Below are positions 26,792 through 39,830 of a stretch of DNA of 64,000 nucleotides, one piece after another; position 1 is the stretch's first letter, and each line of letters begins with the position of its first letter. The stretch covers positions 24,058,001 to 24,122,000 of the forward strand of contig CM119371.1 of assembly GCA_051294905.1 (NCBI GenBank), in the 5' to 3' direction. This DNA is from Botryllus schlosseri (Eukaryota). A model generated the notes under the pieces. That model saw only the letters and a list, made by a program, of their open reading frames with translations, had not been told where the DNA came from and searched no databases. Position numbers and translations under genes: made by a program.

Positions 26792-27066
26792 CAGAGATGG
26801 GCGGATTCCAAAATTTCGGGATCCGAATCTATCCGGATCCGGCTTGCAATTGGAAATTCAGAGTCCAAAGAAATCCGGCTGGTGAATGTCCAGTTCGGAA
26901 TCCGAAAAAATCCTGCCAGAACAATGCTAATTAATCATATCACAGCAAAAAAATCTGGCTAAAATCCGACCGTCACCCCAAATTCAAAATCTGGATCCAG
27001 TCCGGCCAGGTAAAAAAAACATTGAAATCCTGCTCCGGCTCCAGAACCGGACTGTGGCCATCTCTG
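26792..27066. mobile_element. hAT-type MITE (ATCCGG repeats)
   Basis: CAGAGATGG / CCATCTCTG TIRs; perfect TSD GTTACGAC. Confidence 0.88.
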
Positions 27067-27607
27067 GTTACGACCAGGTGATAATAGGCAACCAAAGCGG
27101 AGGCACCCGGCGTACGATTGGATCAATGGACTGGACAGTGGACAACTTCTAGACCTCTCATTTTCGCTCTAAAGGCAACTGCGTAAACTACATACGGAGC
27201 AAAGATTCAATACGATTCATGTTCGCGCTTGACTTGAGGCTTGACCTGACTAATTCCAATGACTAGAACTCGAGAGATTGCGTAAGCCTATCTGGAAAGG
27301 TCAACGAGTTCGGACACATACGCAATTGTTATCTCATAGATTGGGCCTGTCATATTGAATCCAGAACATCAATTTGAATGGTCTTTGAACAACTAAGGAC
27401 AGCAGCCTCGGAACTTCGGTCTCGGAACAACATAGGACATTTTGGCATTGAAACTGGAGACTGTGACACAACACATACGGCTTACTGTCTATAAGTCTGC
27501 TGCGAAATCGCCGTTGGAAAATATATTAATCAATAAATACATGAATAAAAGCCTTAGTATACTGTTACAAGAAATCATCGAGAAGTAGCGTTCGCAATCT
27601 CATAACC

Positions 27608-29186
27608 CAGTGGTTCCCAACCTTTTTCATCTCGTGCCTCCCTTGGCCGAAATTTGAGCCAAAATTCCCCCCTTAGGATAAATCTGCCCGATGAATAAAA
27701 AAGGTCATTTTTTACCGCGCAATCAGCTGTTGACCGAAGAATAAGACCGGAGGTACGGAGTGTCTGTTTCTAGCAGGGCTGTAACAATACTTTGTAGACC
27801 TCCGAAAACAATGATCTTGGTCCCAATCAAACGAATTCTGGAAGGCTTGACTCAACAGACCCCCATACTTCCATTTGTGTTTTCGGCTTATCATGCACCA
27901 ATCGCGAATATAACTGCTGTGAAAAATCAGTATGCATAAATTTGCTAGTCTCGCGATTTTTTTATCAAGTGTGCGTATGCATTTGGCCAATAATATTGGT
28001 AATTTCATATATAGCAGGATTGACCATACTCGAGTCGGACTCGAGTCAGCATTTTATGATGACTCGAATTGACTCGAGTCATTTTCTCAAAATAGGGAAA
28101 CGACTCGACTCGAATAGAGACAATCTGTGTATTGACTCGACTTGGAGTCATTGTACATGACTCGAACCAAGACATATGACTCTTGACTATAAGACGACCA
28201 AGAGCGACATTTCATTGTAATTTCGAAGAACAGTAAAGTGGCCTTCCTATTGGAATTTCGTCTATTGGTCCTGGTACTTGAGAATGCGACAATAAACTGC
28301 TCAAAGTGAGTAAAATTAGTATGCTATAAATCAAAATCATTCAATATCACCAAACAGAGTTATAAAAAGTGAATTTAACAAGACTTTAACAGGAAACTGA
28401 GCAGTCAACACAAGGAATTGGACTCGGACTCGAGTCATCATACCATAACTCGGACTCGACCCTATGCTCAGTGACTTGGACCGTCGGACTTGACTCAATG
28501 GTGAATTGAAAATGACTCGACTTGACTCGAGTCAAAACTATGAAAGTTAAATTGACTTGTGACTCGGAGCCTCGTGACTTGGTTACAGCCCTGATATATA
28601 CCCTGATATATCACATACACGTGATCAGATTTCCTGCTTCAGGTCATTGAAATTTAGGACACTCATTCGGTTTCGGCAACATTGCACCAAGTTTAACATA
28701 TATTTTTTCGATCGAGTAGCTGTTCACTAAAAATAAAGCACGGCTAGCGATCTCTTTGACTTGAATCGATGACGTTGGAATATTTTGTCACTTTATGAAA
28801 ATGTTGACATGAAAATATAAGATGAATATTTTCGTTAGAGGCCTTGCTGTGATAGATTCGGCACGACATTTGCTCGCTTGGAATATATTTGATTGAAAGG
28901 CCGTCGCTGGCCTACAAAATTGTCTTGCGAACTGTAGCACATCTGAACTAGTTCAAAAAAAAAGGGCGAACTTGTATGGGAGAAAGAGATTTCAAATAGC
29001 ATTTGAACATACATTCAGCAAAAAAACAGCTATAAGGAGCATACGCTCTGATATAACTGGTTGCCAACATGACAGTTCGGACATGAACATTTTGGGAAGT
29101 CCGTTACAATTCTAAAGTGGAATTCCTCCCTAAAATTTGCAAAATTCCCCCCAAGGGGGGAATTCCTCCCCGGTTGGGAACCACTG
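27608..29186. mobile_element. Charlie/Buster-like hAT MITE
   Basis: CAGTGGTTCCCAACC / GGTTGGGAACCACTG TIRs; perfect TSD TCATAACC. Confidence 0.9.
28015..28593. mobile_element. hAT-type MITE, GACTCGAGTC-repeat family, nested
   Basis: CAGGATTG / CAGCCCTG ends; TSD ATATATAG/ATATATAC; homologous to 23543-24092. Confidence 0.82.
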
Positions 29187-29199
29187 TCATAACCCATTC

Positions 29200-30170
29200 C
29201 GGTATGGTACACTGTCAAAATCAATACAAACAGACGAACACCGAACTTTGACTAAAATAGATCGAGGAATAGGCTGATCGAATGATCAGCTGTTAGCCGA
29301 CATCGAAAATGAAATAGCTATCGCATTTGACAGAAAATTGTAAGCATATGGTTTGAAGGCCACAATTTCACAGTGAAATGGACATTGGCGAACATAAAAT
29401 TATGTGAATATTTGAATGCAAACCGAGAATCTTGGTTAGCTGTTTCATGCGATCATCGAGATATATACCATTGGAAATATCATCACCGATCTCGTTATGG
29501 GAACGCAGACTGTAGATTAGCACATACCGACACCGGCTTTTGCGTGAGATCCGCAATGACGTAGGTAGGCTAAGTATAAGATCAGCGCGCATCTCTACCA
29601 TACTCGACCTCGAAAACGAAATAACTGCCTCAATCATTGAGTGTCAACTTTAAGACTTGGCACCGCGTTCGATACTAAAATCAAGACATACCGTGCAAAA
29701 GCTCATGACAGATCTAGGTATGGAACATCGTTAAAATCAATAGAGACCAATAACGGCTTTTGCGTAAATTTGTTAGCGATAAATGAAGAGTCAGCTCTTA
29801 CTCGACTTTGGAAACGAAATTACCACCCACATAGTTCAGTGACAAACTTAAAACTTGTTACAGCGGTCGATACTAACACTTACCGTGCCAAATGTCATGA
29901 CCGATCTCGGTATAGAACATCGTCAAAATCAATGGAGACCAATACTGGCTTTTGAGTAAAATCTGTTTGCTGTACTATGTACAATTGTACATGATAGATC
30001 AGCACACACTGAACTTCGGAAACGAAATTACTACCCTTATCTTTAAGTAGCAAGCCTGAAACTTGGAGCAGTGTTAAATACTACCTTCACGACATATCAT
30101 ACCAAGTTTCAAGAATTATCATGGTGCGAAACACAGTCAAAATCGACCTATACCAGCAAAGGTCGACTCA
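29200..30170. repeat. Degenerate ~190-280 bp tandem repeat inside the 26364-31653 element
   Basis: Recurring GATCT.GGTATGGAAC...GTCAAAATCAAT..A.ACC and GGAAACGAAATTAC-like motifs at ~29200, 29485, 29710, 29900 and 30120. Confidence 0.6.
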
Positions 30171-30316
30171 ACGCATATTACGGTAACCGAGTTCAGATAT
30201 AGATACGACAGGCATATTTGCCCCGGTTGCTCGGCCATTTTACGAATAGGAGAGAGTAAATCACCGTTTCTTTATTGTGCGCGGCTTTGAGAGAATAGAT
30301 AGTGAAAGCTTGTTAT

Positions 30317-30878
30317 CAGAGATGCCACTGGAATATTTCGGAAAAACCCAGAATTGGAGGCGAAATAAACCCAGAAAAACCCAGATCCTATATTTCACTC
30401 TAAAGACACGAGATAGCTGTGAAAATGGAGCCTGATAGTCATCGAATGCACTCATACAGTCATTGAAGCCTTTGATATTGAATTTACAACAGTTCATAAT
30501 ACACATTTTGCTTGGTTAACACTGCGAATCGCACCAAAAAACATGTTGAAACAATTGGGGCGCAGCGTGAAGACTTAATAGTGTACCGGTACTAATTATA
30601 TCATCGCGCTGCGAAAGTTCAATACAATGCCATCCATTCCCTATTTCTAAGGATGATTTCATGTATTTTCAGAGACCTGAACAGATTGAAAGTAGCTTTC
30701 GATTGATTAATCCTACGACAGTCACTTTTATTTGGAGTAATCACAGACATACCAATGTATAGTGGAAATAAATAACTGCCAAATCATGAAATTCAGGGTT
30801 AGGGACTTAGGGTTAGGGTTCGAATGTGCTGAAAACCAATGCCTCCTATTAACTTGCTAGGGGTGTCCAACTAACTAA

Positions 30879-30910
<32 letters not shown>

Positions 30911-31403
30911 GTCCCTGTTGGAACTATAAATATACTCAGATAACAATAGGATTATATTAGTCGGATTATCACCTGGTCTGTTCATGTGCTTGTGCATACC
31001 ATACAGTTACATGACATTTATCGATACATGCCGAATTGTTCACCAAGTGCCGAGTTCGCTACTGGCAATCGTCCTATAGGAACATGACTTTCTGCGACCT
31101 GGAAGTTACCATTCAATGAAGCTCCCTCGCATCAAGCCGAAGCCTCTCATTTTAGTAGTGAAATAGATTTTCAACACTCTGTCGTTACAATAACAGCAAA
31201 ATCCATTGACAATGGTGAACTCAAGTGCGTGCATTTTACGATATTGCGACCATACTAATCTAATAATTAATTTTCGAGCGTAAAACTGACCTGGCGAACT
31301 GGATGTTGAAAAAAACCCAGATTTCAAGGATAAAAACCCAGAAACCCAGATGATGCTCAAAAAACCCAGATCTGGGTGGAAAAACCCAGGAGTGGCATCT
31401 CTG
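30317..31403. mobile_element. hAT-type MITE (AAAACCCAG repeats) containing a (CT)n microsatellite
   Basis: CAGAGATGCCACT / AGTGGCATCTCTG TIRs; perfect TSD CTTGTTAT; (CT)n at ~30879-30906. Confidence 0.9.
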
Positions 31404-33543
31404 CTTGTTATGAGCGCTACCGGGGCAAGCCCCGGCTAGGCATTCTCAAAGCGAAAACACAGAAGAGAATTCGATTTTCGCAGAGACTTCGCTATGTATG
31501 GGCATTTGCAAGCGAAAGCACAAGAAGAACGCGGGTTTCGCTGTGATCTCGGTATGTATTGATTGCTGTGCGTCTATAAATGGTTAAATTGTTATTGAAC
31601 AGAATTTTAGGTGGGGCAATGCCCCAGTTGCCCTATAGGACGAGCCGCCACTGAGGTATACACTATTCAATTATGTGCTTAAAATATATAAAAATAGTAT
31701 AGGCCTACCTGTAGTAAAAGTGTCACTATTTTTCTACAAATTTGGCAGTCTCTGTGAATATATTCAATAAAATAGCCTAACCCACATACCGCGGTAATGA
31801 TATTATTGCGGAATTTGAAGCCATGCTACAGCTCTCTACAATATACTTCGACTCTGTCACACAGACCAAAGCGCTTCTGGTACTGTATTATGAGTATTCA
31901 TTCTCCGAACATTACTACGTAAAAATGAACACTCACATCACTGATCAACGTGGAGATATCGACGTCACAGATCCTCCTCCGGTTGAAGTTATCCTCGCTC
32001 AAACAGTGCGATATATAGCGAAGGGTGGAAATAATGAAGTAGTTGTACATTTGAATGAGCAAACGCACCAGAGTTGGTTTGGAAGAGTTTCCTCAGCCAT
32101 CTAATACGCCGAGTCAACAGTCTGTGATGCGAATTACCGTTTATAGAGGATGAGGTTTCAAGGGGAATTTGAAATTGCGAAATTAATTTGTTGGCAATCA
32201 TGTTCCTTTGAAAGACCCGTATTAGAGCTGCAGATAGAACATTGGGACATTGTTTACCAATCCACTTCAACTCTGTGATATCTAGGTCAGTCTTACGACA
32301 TCGATTCTTAGCCTTTTGCCAAATTTCTAGCGCGCAGTTCTTGGCTGTTGCACTTTCCCCACTGAAACAACCAGTCAGGCAGAGAAGGAATTTTAGATAG
32401 TTGCCAGCAAATTTTACGGGGGAGCTGACCTACTAAATGCGGTTGTTGAGCTCCGGTAAGTATATAGATAGGGGATATGCGTGTGATACCGGCGCTCGAT
32501 GGAGGAAGTTCGGTCAAGCATATTTGTGTGTGAGGCTTGTATATAATGTGACTCCTTGATATGCTTACCACAACATAAATATTTTTCTACTCCTATATCC
32601 GATGTGACTGTTACTTCATGTTTGGCATGACATTTAACCATCTGCGTTGTAGTCCCATTTGTTTGGGAACTATACGCGGATGTAATATAATTACAAAGTG
32701 TAATGAACGAAACAAGTCGATTAGGTGCATAGCATGGGTGCTCAAACTGGGGTTCATGAAAAGTCAATGAGAATCCTATTCTTTTTGTTGCTAGGTCATG
32801 GCCAAGGTTGGAATTATGTCACATTCTCAATCGTAGTCACCTGAAATCGAAATTAATGCTGTTGATTTCTGTTTTGGCAGCTTTAGATGTCGCATTTTGA
32901 TGTCATTGCGTCATATTCAGACTGTTGCTTTTGGCCCCTAATGTATTGATAGCCTGATGTTATTCCCAACTGGGCTAGACGTTAACTGCAGGATAACTTA
33001 CTCAACTCGGTTACGTTGCGCTGATTTCATTTCATCCTGGTCCAACCGATTTCAAATACATTAACTTATCACGGTTGTAAATTGCGCCAATGTTGTGAAC
33101 GGCAGCGGAGTCTTGTCAAGCTTCTCAAACTCAAGTATTGCTCAATGGGTTATAGGCTCATTTTGAGCTAATTTTGCTATTCGATGGAAGATATCGAGCA
33201 ATATTTCCTGATGAATCAATGTCCACTAGCTCTCGTACTAGTCGACGGCACGATGCGGTTGCTGTTGTTGGTTATTGATGGTCTACATTGCATTCTGCGG
33301 GCATGGATGCAATGTGTGTTTCAGAGTGTGGCCCAAGATGAGCATCAACATATTCTAATTGCGATATGCAGTTGAATAAATTTACGAGGGAATAGCAGAA
33401 CAGTGAAAGTCCACACAGACAGCAAATTATTAGTTGAAGGCTGCGCGTTATCAGAAAAACATCTGAAGACGCTACGGGACGGATTTCGAAACGACCTCCA
33501 TACACAAATATTCTTGGCCGCGTGATCATCGGTGCCTTTAGTT

Positions 33544-34756
33544 CAGACTTGGACAATTAGATAATTCTAATTGTCTAATTTCACTAAATTAGATCGTAAT
33601 GCAGGTAATCTAATTCTAATCTAATTTGTGAAATGTTCGATGCTCTAATTTTAATTCTAATCTAGTTTGTGAAATGGTCCCACGTTATAATTGTAATTCT
33701 AATCTGATTTATTGTTTTTCTGAAAATGCCTCGTTGTCCGCGACATGTTGCAGCGAGTTAACAAGAAAATCCCTCTCGCGCAGGGAAATCCAGTGACAAG
33801 TCACCATCGCATTGCTTACACCGTACTCACAATCAATTTCCCCTCTAATTTGTCACGAGTCTGCGCGCACTCAGAAACTCACTGCGCGGTCCCTTGGACA
33901 ACAGTGCGTAACGACTAAAAAAGAGGCAACACTTCGGATTTTTTGTGCTCAGCATAGATTTTCTGTGCGCAGAGACAGTGTCGGCACTGCGCAATAGCGA
34001 CTGTGCGCAGCTTAGAGGGAACATTGCCTACAATCATAGTAGTAATTGTGGCGAATAATAGCCATGCGTTAGTTGGTTAGTACAACGTCGAAGCCGTCTC
34101 GACTAGTGCGCAACAGTGTTGTTGCGCACAAGTGAATATCTTATTTTGAAACTACAACTATAATTTAAAAGTGAAATCAATTTCAGCCTTTCAAAATGCT
34201 TTACTTCGCGTTCTTCCAAAATCACAAATCAGGTCGCCGACCGCATGTGAGCCGCGTGTTGCTGACCCTGAGCGAGTGCAGACCGAGTCAAGCTTGGTGT
34301 ACAGACGTTAACCATCTCATCGTTATGGGAACGCACTGTGATTTGATATGAACTATTTATATCACATTCACGATTTCATTCAATGTCCAAGATTTTGCGA
34401 GTTCAGTCGTTTTAATTTTAATCTAATTTGAAATAGCTGTGTAGCTCTAATTCTAATTCCAATCTAATTTGGAAAAACTGTGTAGCTCTAATTCTAATTC
34501 TAATCTAATTTGGAAAAAATGTGTAGCTCTAATTCTATTTCGAATCTAATTTGAAAAAGCTGTGTAGCTCTAATTCTAATTCTAATCTAATTTGGAAAAA
34601 ATGTGTAGCTCTAATTCTAATTCTAATCTAATTTGGAAAAAATGAGTAGCTCTAATTCTAATTCTAATCTAATTTGAAAAAACTGTTTAATAGTTCTAAT
34701 TTTAATTCTGATCTGATTTGGAAAAGTTCAAAAAATTATCTAGTTGTCCAAGTCTG
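33544..34756. mobile_element. hAT-type MITE with ~41-bp CTAATT-rich tandem repeats
   Basis: CAGACTTGGACAA / TTGTCCAAGTCTG TIRs; perfect TSD CTTTAGTT; array at 34410-34730. Confidence 0.9.
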
Positions 34757-34810
34757 CTTTAGTTACTCTCACCAAAACAGCGTAGGTCGTAGGATGCGCT
34801 GATTCGTAAT

Positions 34811-35334
34811 TAGGGCTGGGCAAAACCGGGTAGCTGAGTGATTCGATTCTGAATAACGTAATATGCTTCGAGTCGAGTCGAGTAATCGAGTATCACTCAT
34901 TATGACGTCATACCAGAATGTAACAAGTCAAAGTTCAAACGTGTAAGCTACCTTTTATGCCACCATAAAGAATATAATAATGCCTGCTATCCATCACTGC
35001 AAGATAATTTGGTATTTTTTCGACCATACCGATTTCATTTCACTTGGCGACAATATTGTGGGACGACCATGACTTCGGAAATGTTATATTTCCAGAAATG
35101 TTCGTAACTCTGTACCATATGTTTCGTATGCTACGATAGGGACAATCAAGGTTTCAAGGCTTCAACAGTGGAAATTAGTATCGAAAGTATAATTCTCGTT
35201 GATAAATTAACTTTCAGAGGCGAGGAGCGTATAATTACAATACTCGAAAAAATTACCTTTTACTACTCGACTCGAATCATTAATATTATTACTCGATTCA
35301 GATTCGAGTACTCGAATCATTGTGCCCAGCCCTA
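34811..35334. mobile_element. hAT-type MITE (TCGAGT/GATTCG repeats)
   Basis: TAGGGCTGGGCA / TGCCCAGCCCTA TIRs; perfect TSD TTCGTAAT. Confidence 0.9.
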
Positions 35335-35861
35335 TTCGTAATACAGAGTTCCTTCATTATTGAAAACGCTTCACTAAACATTTGTTTTGTCTAGCGGCGT
35401 GACTGGTCGCTACTGTGCAACAGCATTTTTTGGTATAAGCTGGCGAAGTTGCAAGCTGAGTGAGATGCGATTTGTTAGCATCGACGTCTTTTATTTCAAG
35501 GCGCAGTACACAGAGAGATGAATTACACACGCACCATGCTTAACCAATATCAAAAGTAAATAAGGAATGGTGGAAAATCAACTTTGGCTGTCGTTCATGT
35601 CGTTTTGCCGGATGAGAATGTAGGTCATATTGTAGGCATATTGTTCGCGAGCTTGATGATAGTCATGTACTGAGCTGGTTGTGAATGCTGATGCTTCAAC
35701 ATAAATGATATTTACGAGAAACGACGATACTGAATTTCAATCTACGAGCACGCGGACGAAGTTGTATGTGTGGACGATGGTCTATGTTCGGCATAGGTGG
35801 TCTAACACGTACTTCTACTTTTCAGTAGCACTCGAGCAGTCGTAGTCCATAGTTGAACGAG

Positions 35862-36040
35862 TGGGCGTCATGCAATTACTATGACTTCGAAGATTTGTGG
35901 TTGGTCACAATCACGGAATTTCACCGTGCATAAATCGACCATGTTATGCATATTCGGGGCAATGTACCGCACTTATTATTATTTCCCAATTCTCAAGTTG
36001 GATTCGTATTGTCGCTATGTTATACACTCGTAGAAAATCG
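35862..36040 (+). pseudogene. 5' fragment of XK-related gene (duplicate of ~58830-59008)
   Basis: About 14 mismatches in ~178 bp versus 58830-59008 by eye; similarity stops abruptly after ...GTAGAAAATCG. Confidence 0.85.
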
Positions 36041-36622
36041 TATTTTAAATGGAGTTTTATCTCACTATTTTCATGCATTCTTTCAAACCGGGATTGCGTC
36101 TTTAGTACTATAGGCTAGATTTCATTGATTTGCCCATAATTTAGTCGCCAATTTCCTCATTCTTGACTATGTAATATCAATGAATGAAAGAGGGAGGGTA
36201 TCAGGAATCCGCATAAATTCCGCGTATTTCGTATTGACATAAAACAAAATTGTGGGTGAGGGTGTGGGTTACGAACGGAAAACTCCATCACACCATCATC
36301 GAGCGGATGGTTTATAATAATTAAATTTACTAATAATTATTGCGTCGCGTTGTAAATCAACATATAACATCCACCTTCATAGTATATATTAAAGCTGCAT
36401 AGCTCGCAAAATATTAAAACGTATCATTATGTTATTTTGCCGGAAAACTGTCTTTTCTCAAATATCCGGATATTGTGCAGATAAATTGATAATTTCTAGT
36501 TCGTTTCACTATATTTTACAACGCTCCTGTGCACCTTGACAGAACCGCATATATGTTGCTTTCAATTTTGAATATTTACTGTAATCTCAGACCCGTTTGT
36601 AAAGACAGCTCAATCGCTCGGC

Positions 36623-37587
36623 ATGATGTTCGGGAGGATATGCTCCGCAATCTGTGGCTACTGCTGGAATCAAATTGACTATGAAGCGATAAACGTCTTG
36701 ATGTTGATGAACTGTGTGACATCAGCGTATACGACTATAGTCTACTGGCAGGACGCCAACTTGTCGGACGGAGTTTTGATTCCTCTTCTCATTATGCTCA
36801 GTATGCTATTCGGTTATCTTGTGACTGGATTGGTGTCATTGTATTATTTTGCGGTACGATTTTTCACGAAAGATGTCGCGAAATGGAGGGAGGACGTAGC
36901 CGAATATTATATGGTCGCTAAACTACTGCAAACTATTTTTAAGTCAATTCCCCAACTTTGTCTTCATCTGTATACACAAATACCCAATGCCGAGCAGGTT
37001 GACTTAGACAAATTTGAATTTTACCTGCCTATTCTGGTATTCAGTATATCAATAATGGTCGGGTTGCATCTGCCGCATGTAGTATATCTGAAATACAGAG
37101 ACATCCCTAGTTCATTTCGAGAATTTTTCTTCACTTGCTTGAGTCGGGCTGCATTGTTCGCCGCGAAAATGACGTTCTTAATGCAAGTAACGTATGTTAT
37201 GGGATGGTGGACCTTTGCCTTGTAGTGGGTCAATGGTTTGTGCATTTGCTGGTACTTGTTTGCTATAAAGAAAACGATAATCGTGACTCCTTCGCGCGGT
37301 GGTTCCAAAAGCGTTCAAGTATCAGACTGTTAGCCTGGTACTACATTTTCACCCCGTTATTGCGGTACGACGGCACTGAATCTTCCATTTTAAAAGTGTG
37401 CTATTTCGCGATAGATCAGCTCTTGCAAGCCGGCCTGTCGATCATATTCTGGGATGAAGCGTATTTCAAATATATCCCCGAATGCTTCATCGGCAATGAG
37501 AAGATTCTGCTGATGAATTTCGTAGGCATTAGTCAATTGTTGGTGTCGGTGTCTATCCACGGAGTACAATGTCGTCGTGCTCAGTAA
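36623..37587 (+). pseudogene. Intronless XK-related (Xkr-like) multi-pass membrane protein gene, ~320 codons, one frameshift
   Basis: Several hydrophobic helices; KLLQTIFKSIPQLCLHLY resembles the Xkr ESxPQLxLQxY motif. Frame switches at ~37220 (WWTFAL / VVGQWF). Colinear paralog at 58848-59843. Confidence 0.65.
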
Positions 37588-38066
37588 TTTACAGCGTAAT
37601 GATGTCATGCCTTCACTGTTACATTATTATATAAAAAAGTTTGTGGGTATTCTTTTTTAAGACTAGTTAATAAAATGAATTTATTAATAATAATATTTTT
37701 TAATATGCATCCTCTAGCATCTCCACCTGATGCAAATGGTTGTGACAGGCAAGTTGAAGGATAAGACCAACATGACGCGACCTAAGAGTGTGAAATGCAA
37801 AATGTCGAATAAATTTATACTTAGCAAGGTCTGTATCAGAAGAATAGCCTTCGCAAATAAACCTTTATTACACCGTAGGAACCAACGAGGTCTATGATTT
37901 TACGTGAATAATTTCACATATTAATGTCTATGATATGCTTACTATACATCTTTGATGAATATGCCGATACTGTGCTCTGTGTCGCAGTAAGTTTCTCCCC
38001 ATCGACGGTGCCACATGCTCCACATATTCAGAAACTGGGTAAAGGTGGTAAAAGTATAGTCATCAT

Positions 38067-38946
38067 TAGGGCAATTTTTTTTTACATGTCAAAAAAAGTC
38101 AAAATTAGGTCAAAATTGTAGCGTTAGGTCAAAATTTGTCAAAATTGATTACAAAGTCAAACATTTTTTGACCTCTGCATTTCGTTTGTATCGTAGATTT
38201 TGCGCTGTCGGTGAACTTATCATTTCATATTTTACAGCTTGTAGCCTACTTTATAGGCCTACCGTTGTAAACGGACCATCGTCTGCTCATTGTGAATCAT
38301 AAATGGTCAAATGAAACAAATAGTGACATGGTTTTATGGTCAACGTACCGCAATATCCTAGCTAAAGCAAGACTGCTTGGACATTGCATGGTACTTATAT
38401 CAAGAAGCGCAAGCTGAAAAATTGTGATATAGACAACACTGTCAGAATGAAGCAACACGGTTTGTCACCAGCAGTGTGCACACAACTTGAGTGTTGTCAG
38501 CCAACAAATGCTGCTGTTGAACGTTCTTTCTCCGTTCTTGGCAAGCTACGTAGTAAGGACAGACACTTTCTACCCGAGAATGTAGGAAAGGATCTTTCGT
38601 TGTACTACAACAAATTTTAATTATTTCCACCAGAATACGTAATGTAACTACTGGAATTCTTCATAGGGCCAGATTTCGTTAAAATACTAGTTTTTCATGT
38701 AAAAATCTGTCAGTTTTTGAGCCAAAAACGTTTTTTCAGGCCAATCTACTTTGTAAGGATAGACAGTTCCAACCAGAAATGAAGATAAGTAGTACAATTT
38801 TAACATTATATGCGAAAACACCTAATTTGCATACGTGAGGTCAAAATTTGGTCAAATTTCAGTTTTTTTAGGTCAAAAAAGGTCAAAATTTAGATTTTTT
38901 AGGTCAAAATCTTCCGTTTTTTAGGTCAAAAAAAAAAAATGCCCCA
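38067..38946 (+). mobile_element. Non-autonomous hAT element with transposase dimerization-domain remnant
   Basis: TAGGGCA...TGCCCCA ends, perfect TSD GTCATCAT; ORF 38384-38620 contains CQPTNAAVERSFSVL. Confidence 0.92.
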
Positions 38947-39359
38947 GTCATCATATATTACTCGAAGAGAAGTGAAGCCGTCGTTTTCAACGCAATCACA
39001 AGTAGAAATCGCGACTTTCAAGACATGTCGAAATTAGATCAATTTGACGTCGGAAACGAAGATCAGACAAAGTACTGGATTTATTTCAGAGAGACGATTA
39101 GGAGGAGGGGTTACATACTTTTAGCCGTTTATTGCATGTATCTGCTTTCGGAACTAGAAGATCGGGTCCACCGAGAAGTGACTAATGACTAGGGCCATTT
39201 TTATATGACCTTAAAAAATCAATTATATGACTTTATTTTTGGGAAAATATGACTTTATATGACTTTATGCGAAAATCGTGTATTTTTTTATGTAACCAAT
39301 GTCACTCATGAAACTGACGAGTAAAACATGAACAACATAACAGTAATACACATCTATTT

Positions 39360-39830
39360 TTAGTTTAAACCACTTTTGTAGTACAGTTTCGTGTAGTGTG
39401 GAATGTTGGAGTCTTTAAAGTTACGATTTGGACGTAAAAATGACTTTAGTAAGGAAAATGAGCGCTCCACAGACGCTGATGTTGGTTGACACTTCTGCAG
39501 TTTTGCATACAGCGCTGGTGAAATGTCTTGTCTTTGTAGCTCCATAATTTGTTTCACATCGTTTTTGTCCAGTCGGTTCTTAAAGTAATTTTTGAGCTCA
39601 AGCGGATCTTTTCCGAAATCGAGGGCATTTAGATCAGCATGAGCGTCTTTAATAGTGTACGTACAACTTTTTATTTTCAGTATCAAGTTTGAAATATTGT
39701 TATAGTGGAGGCATATTTCTGTTAACTGACTCGTCGACTTTGGATCGTTCACTGAATCTTTGACGCTCTTTACAATAACTCCTTCAGCTTCCCATGCGTT
39801 GACTATTTCTTTCACTTGTGTAAGTCTCTG
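39360..39830 (-). pseudogene. C-terminal fragment of hAT-like transposase
   Basis: 151-aa ORF ending CQPTSASVERSFSLLKSFLRPNRNF (hAT dimerization-domain motif); homologous to the remnant at 38384-38620. Confidence 0.8.

Larger units (their letters stand above)
26364..31653. mobile_element. hAT-type non-autonomous element hosting four nested MITEs
   Basis: CAGTGGCGGCTCGT / ACGAGCCGCCACTG TIRs; TSD AGGTATAA/AGGTATAC. Confidence 0.88.

Noticed and set aside
30795..30820. Interstitial telomere (TTAGGG)
   Set aside because: Only about three interrupted units inside a MITE.
31823..33540. Decayed integrase or Penelope-like ORF (e.g. TSAYSSQTNG on the minus strand)
   Set aside because: Only a short motif resemblance; no colinear catalytic residues could be traced.
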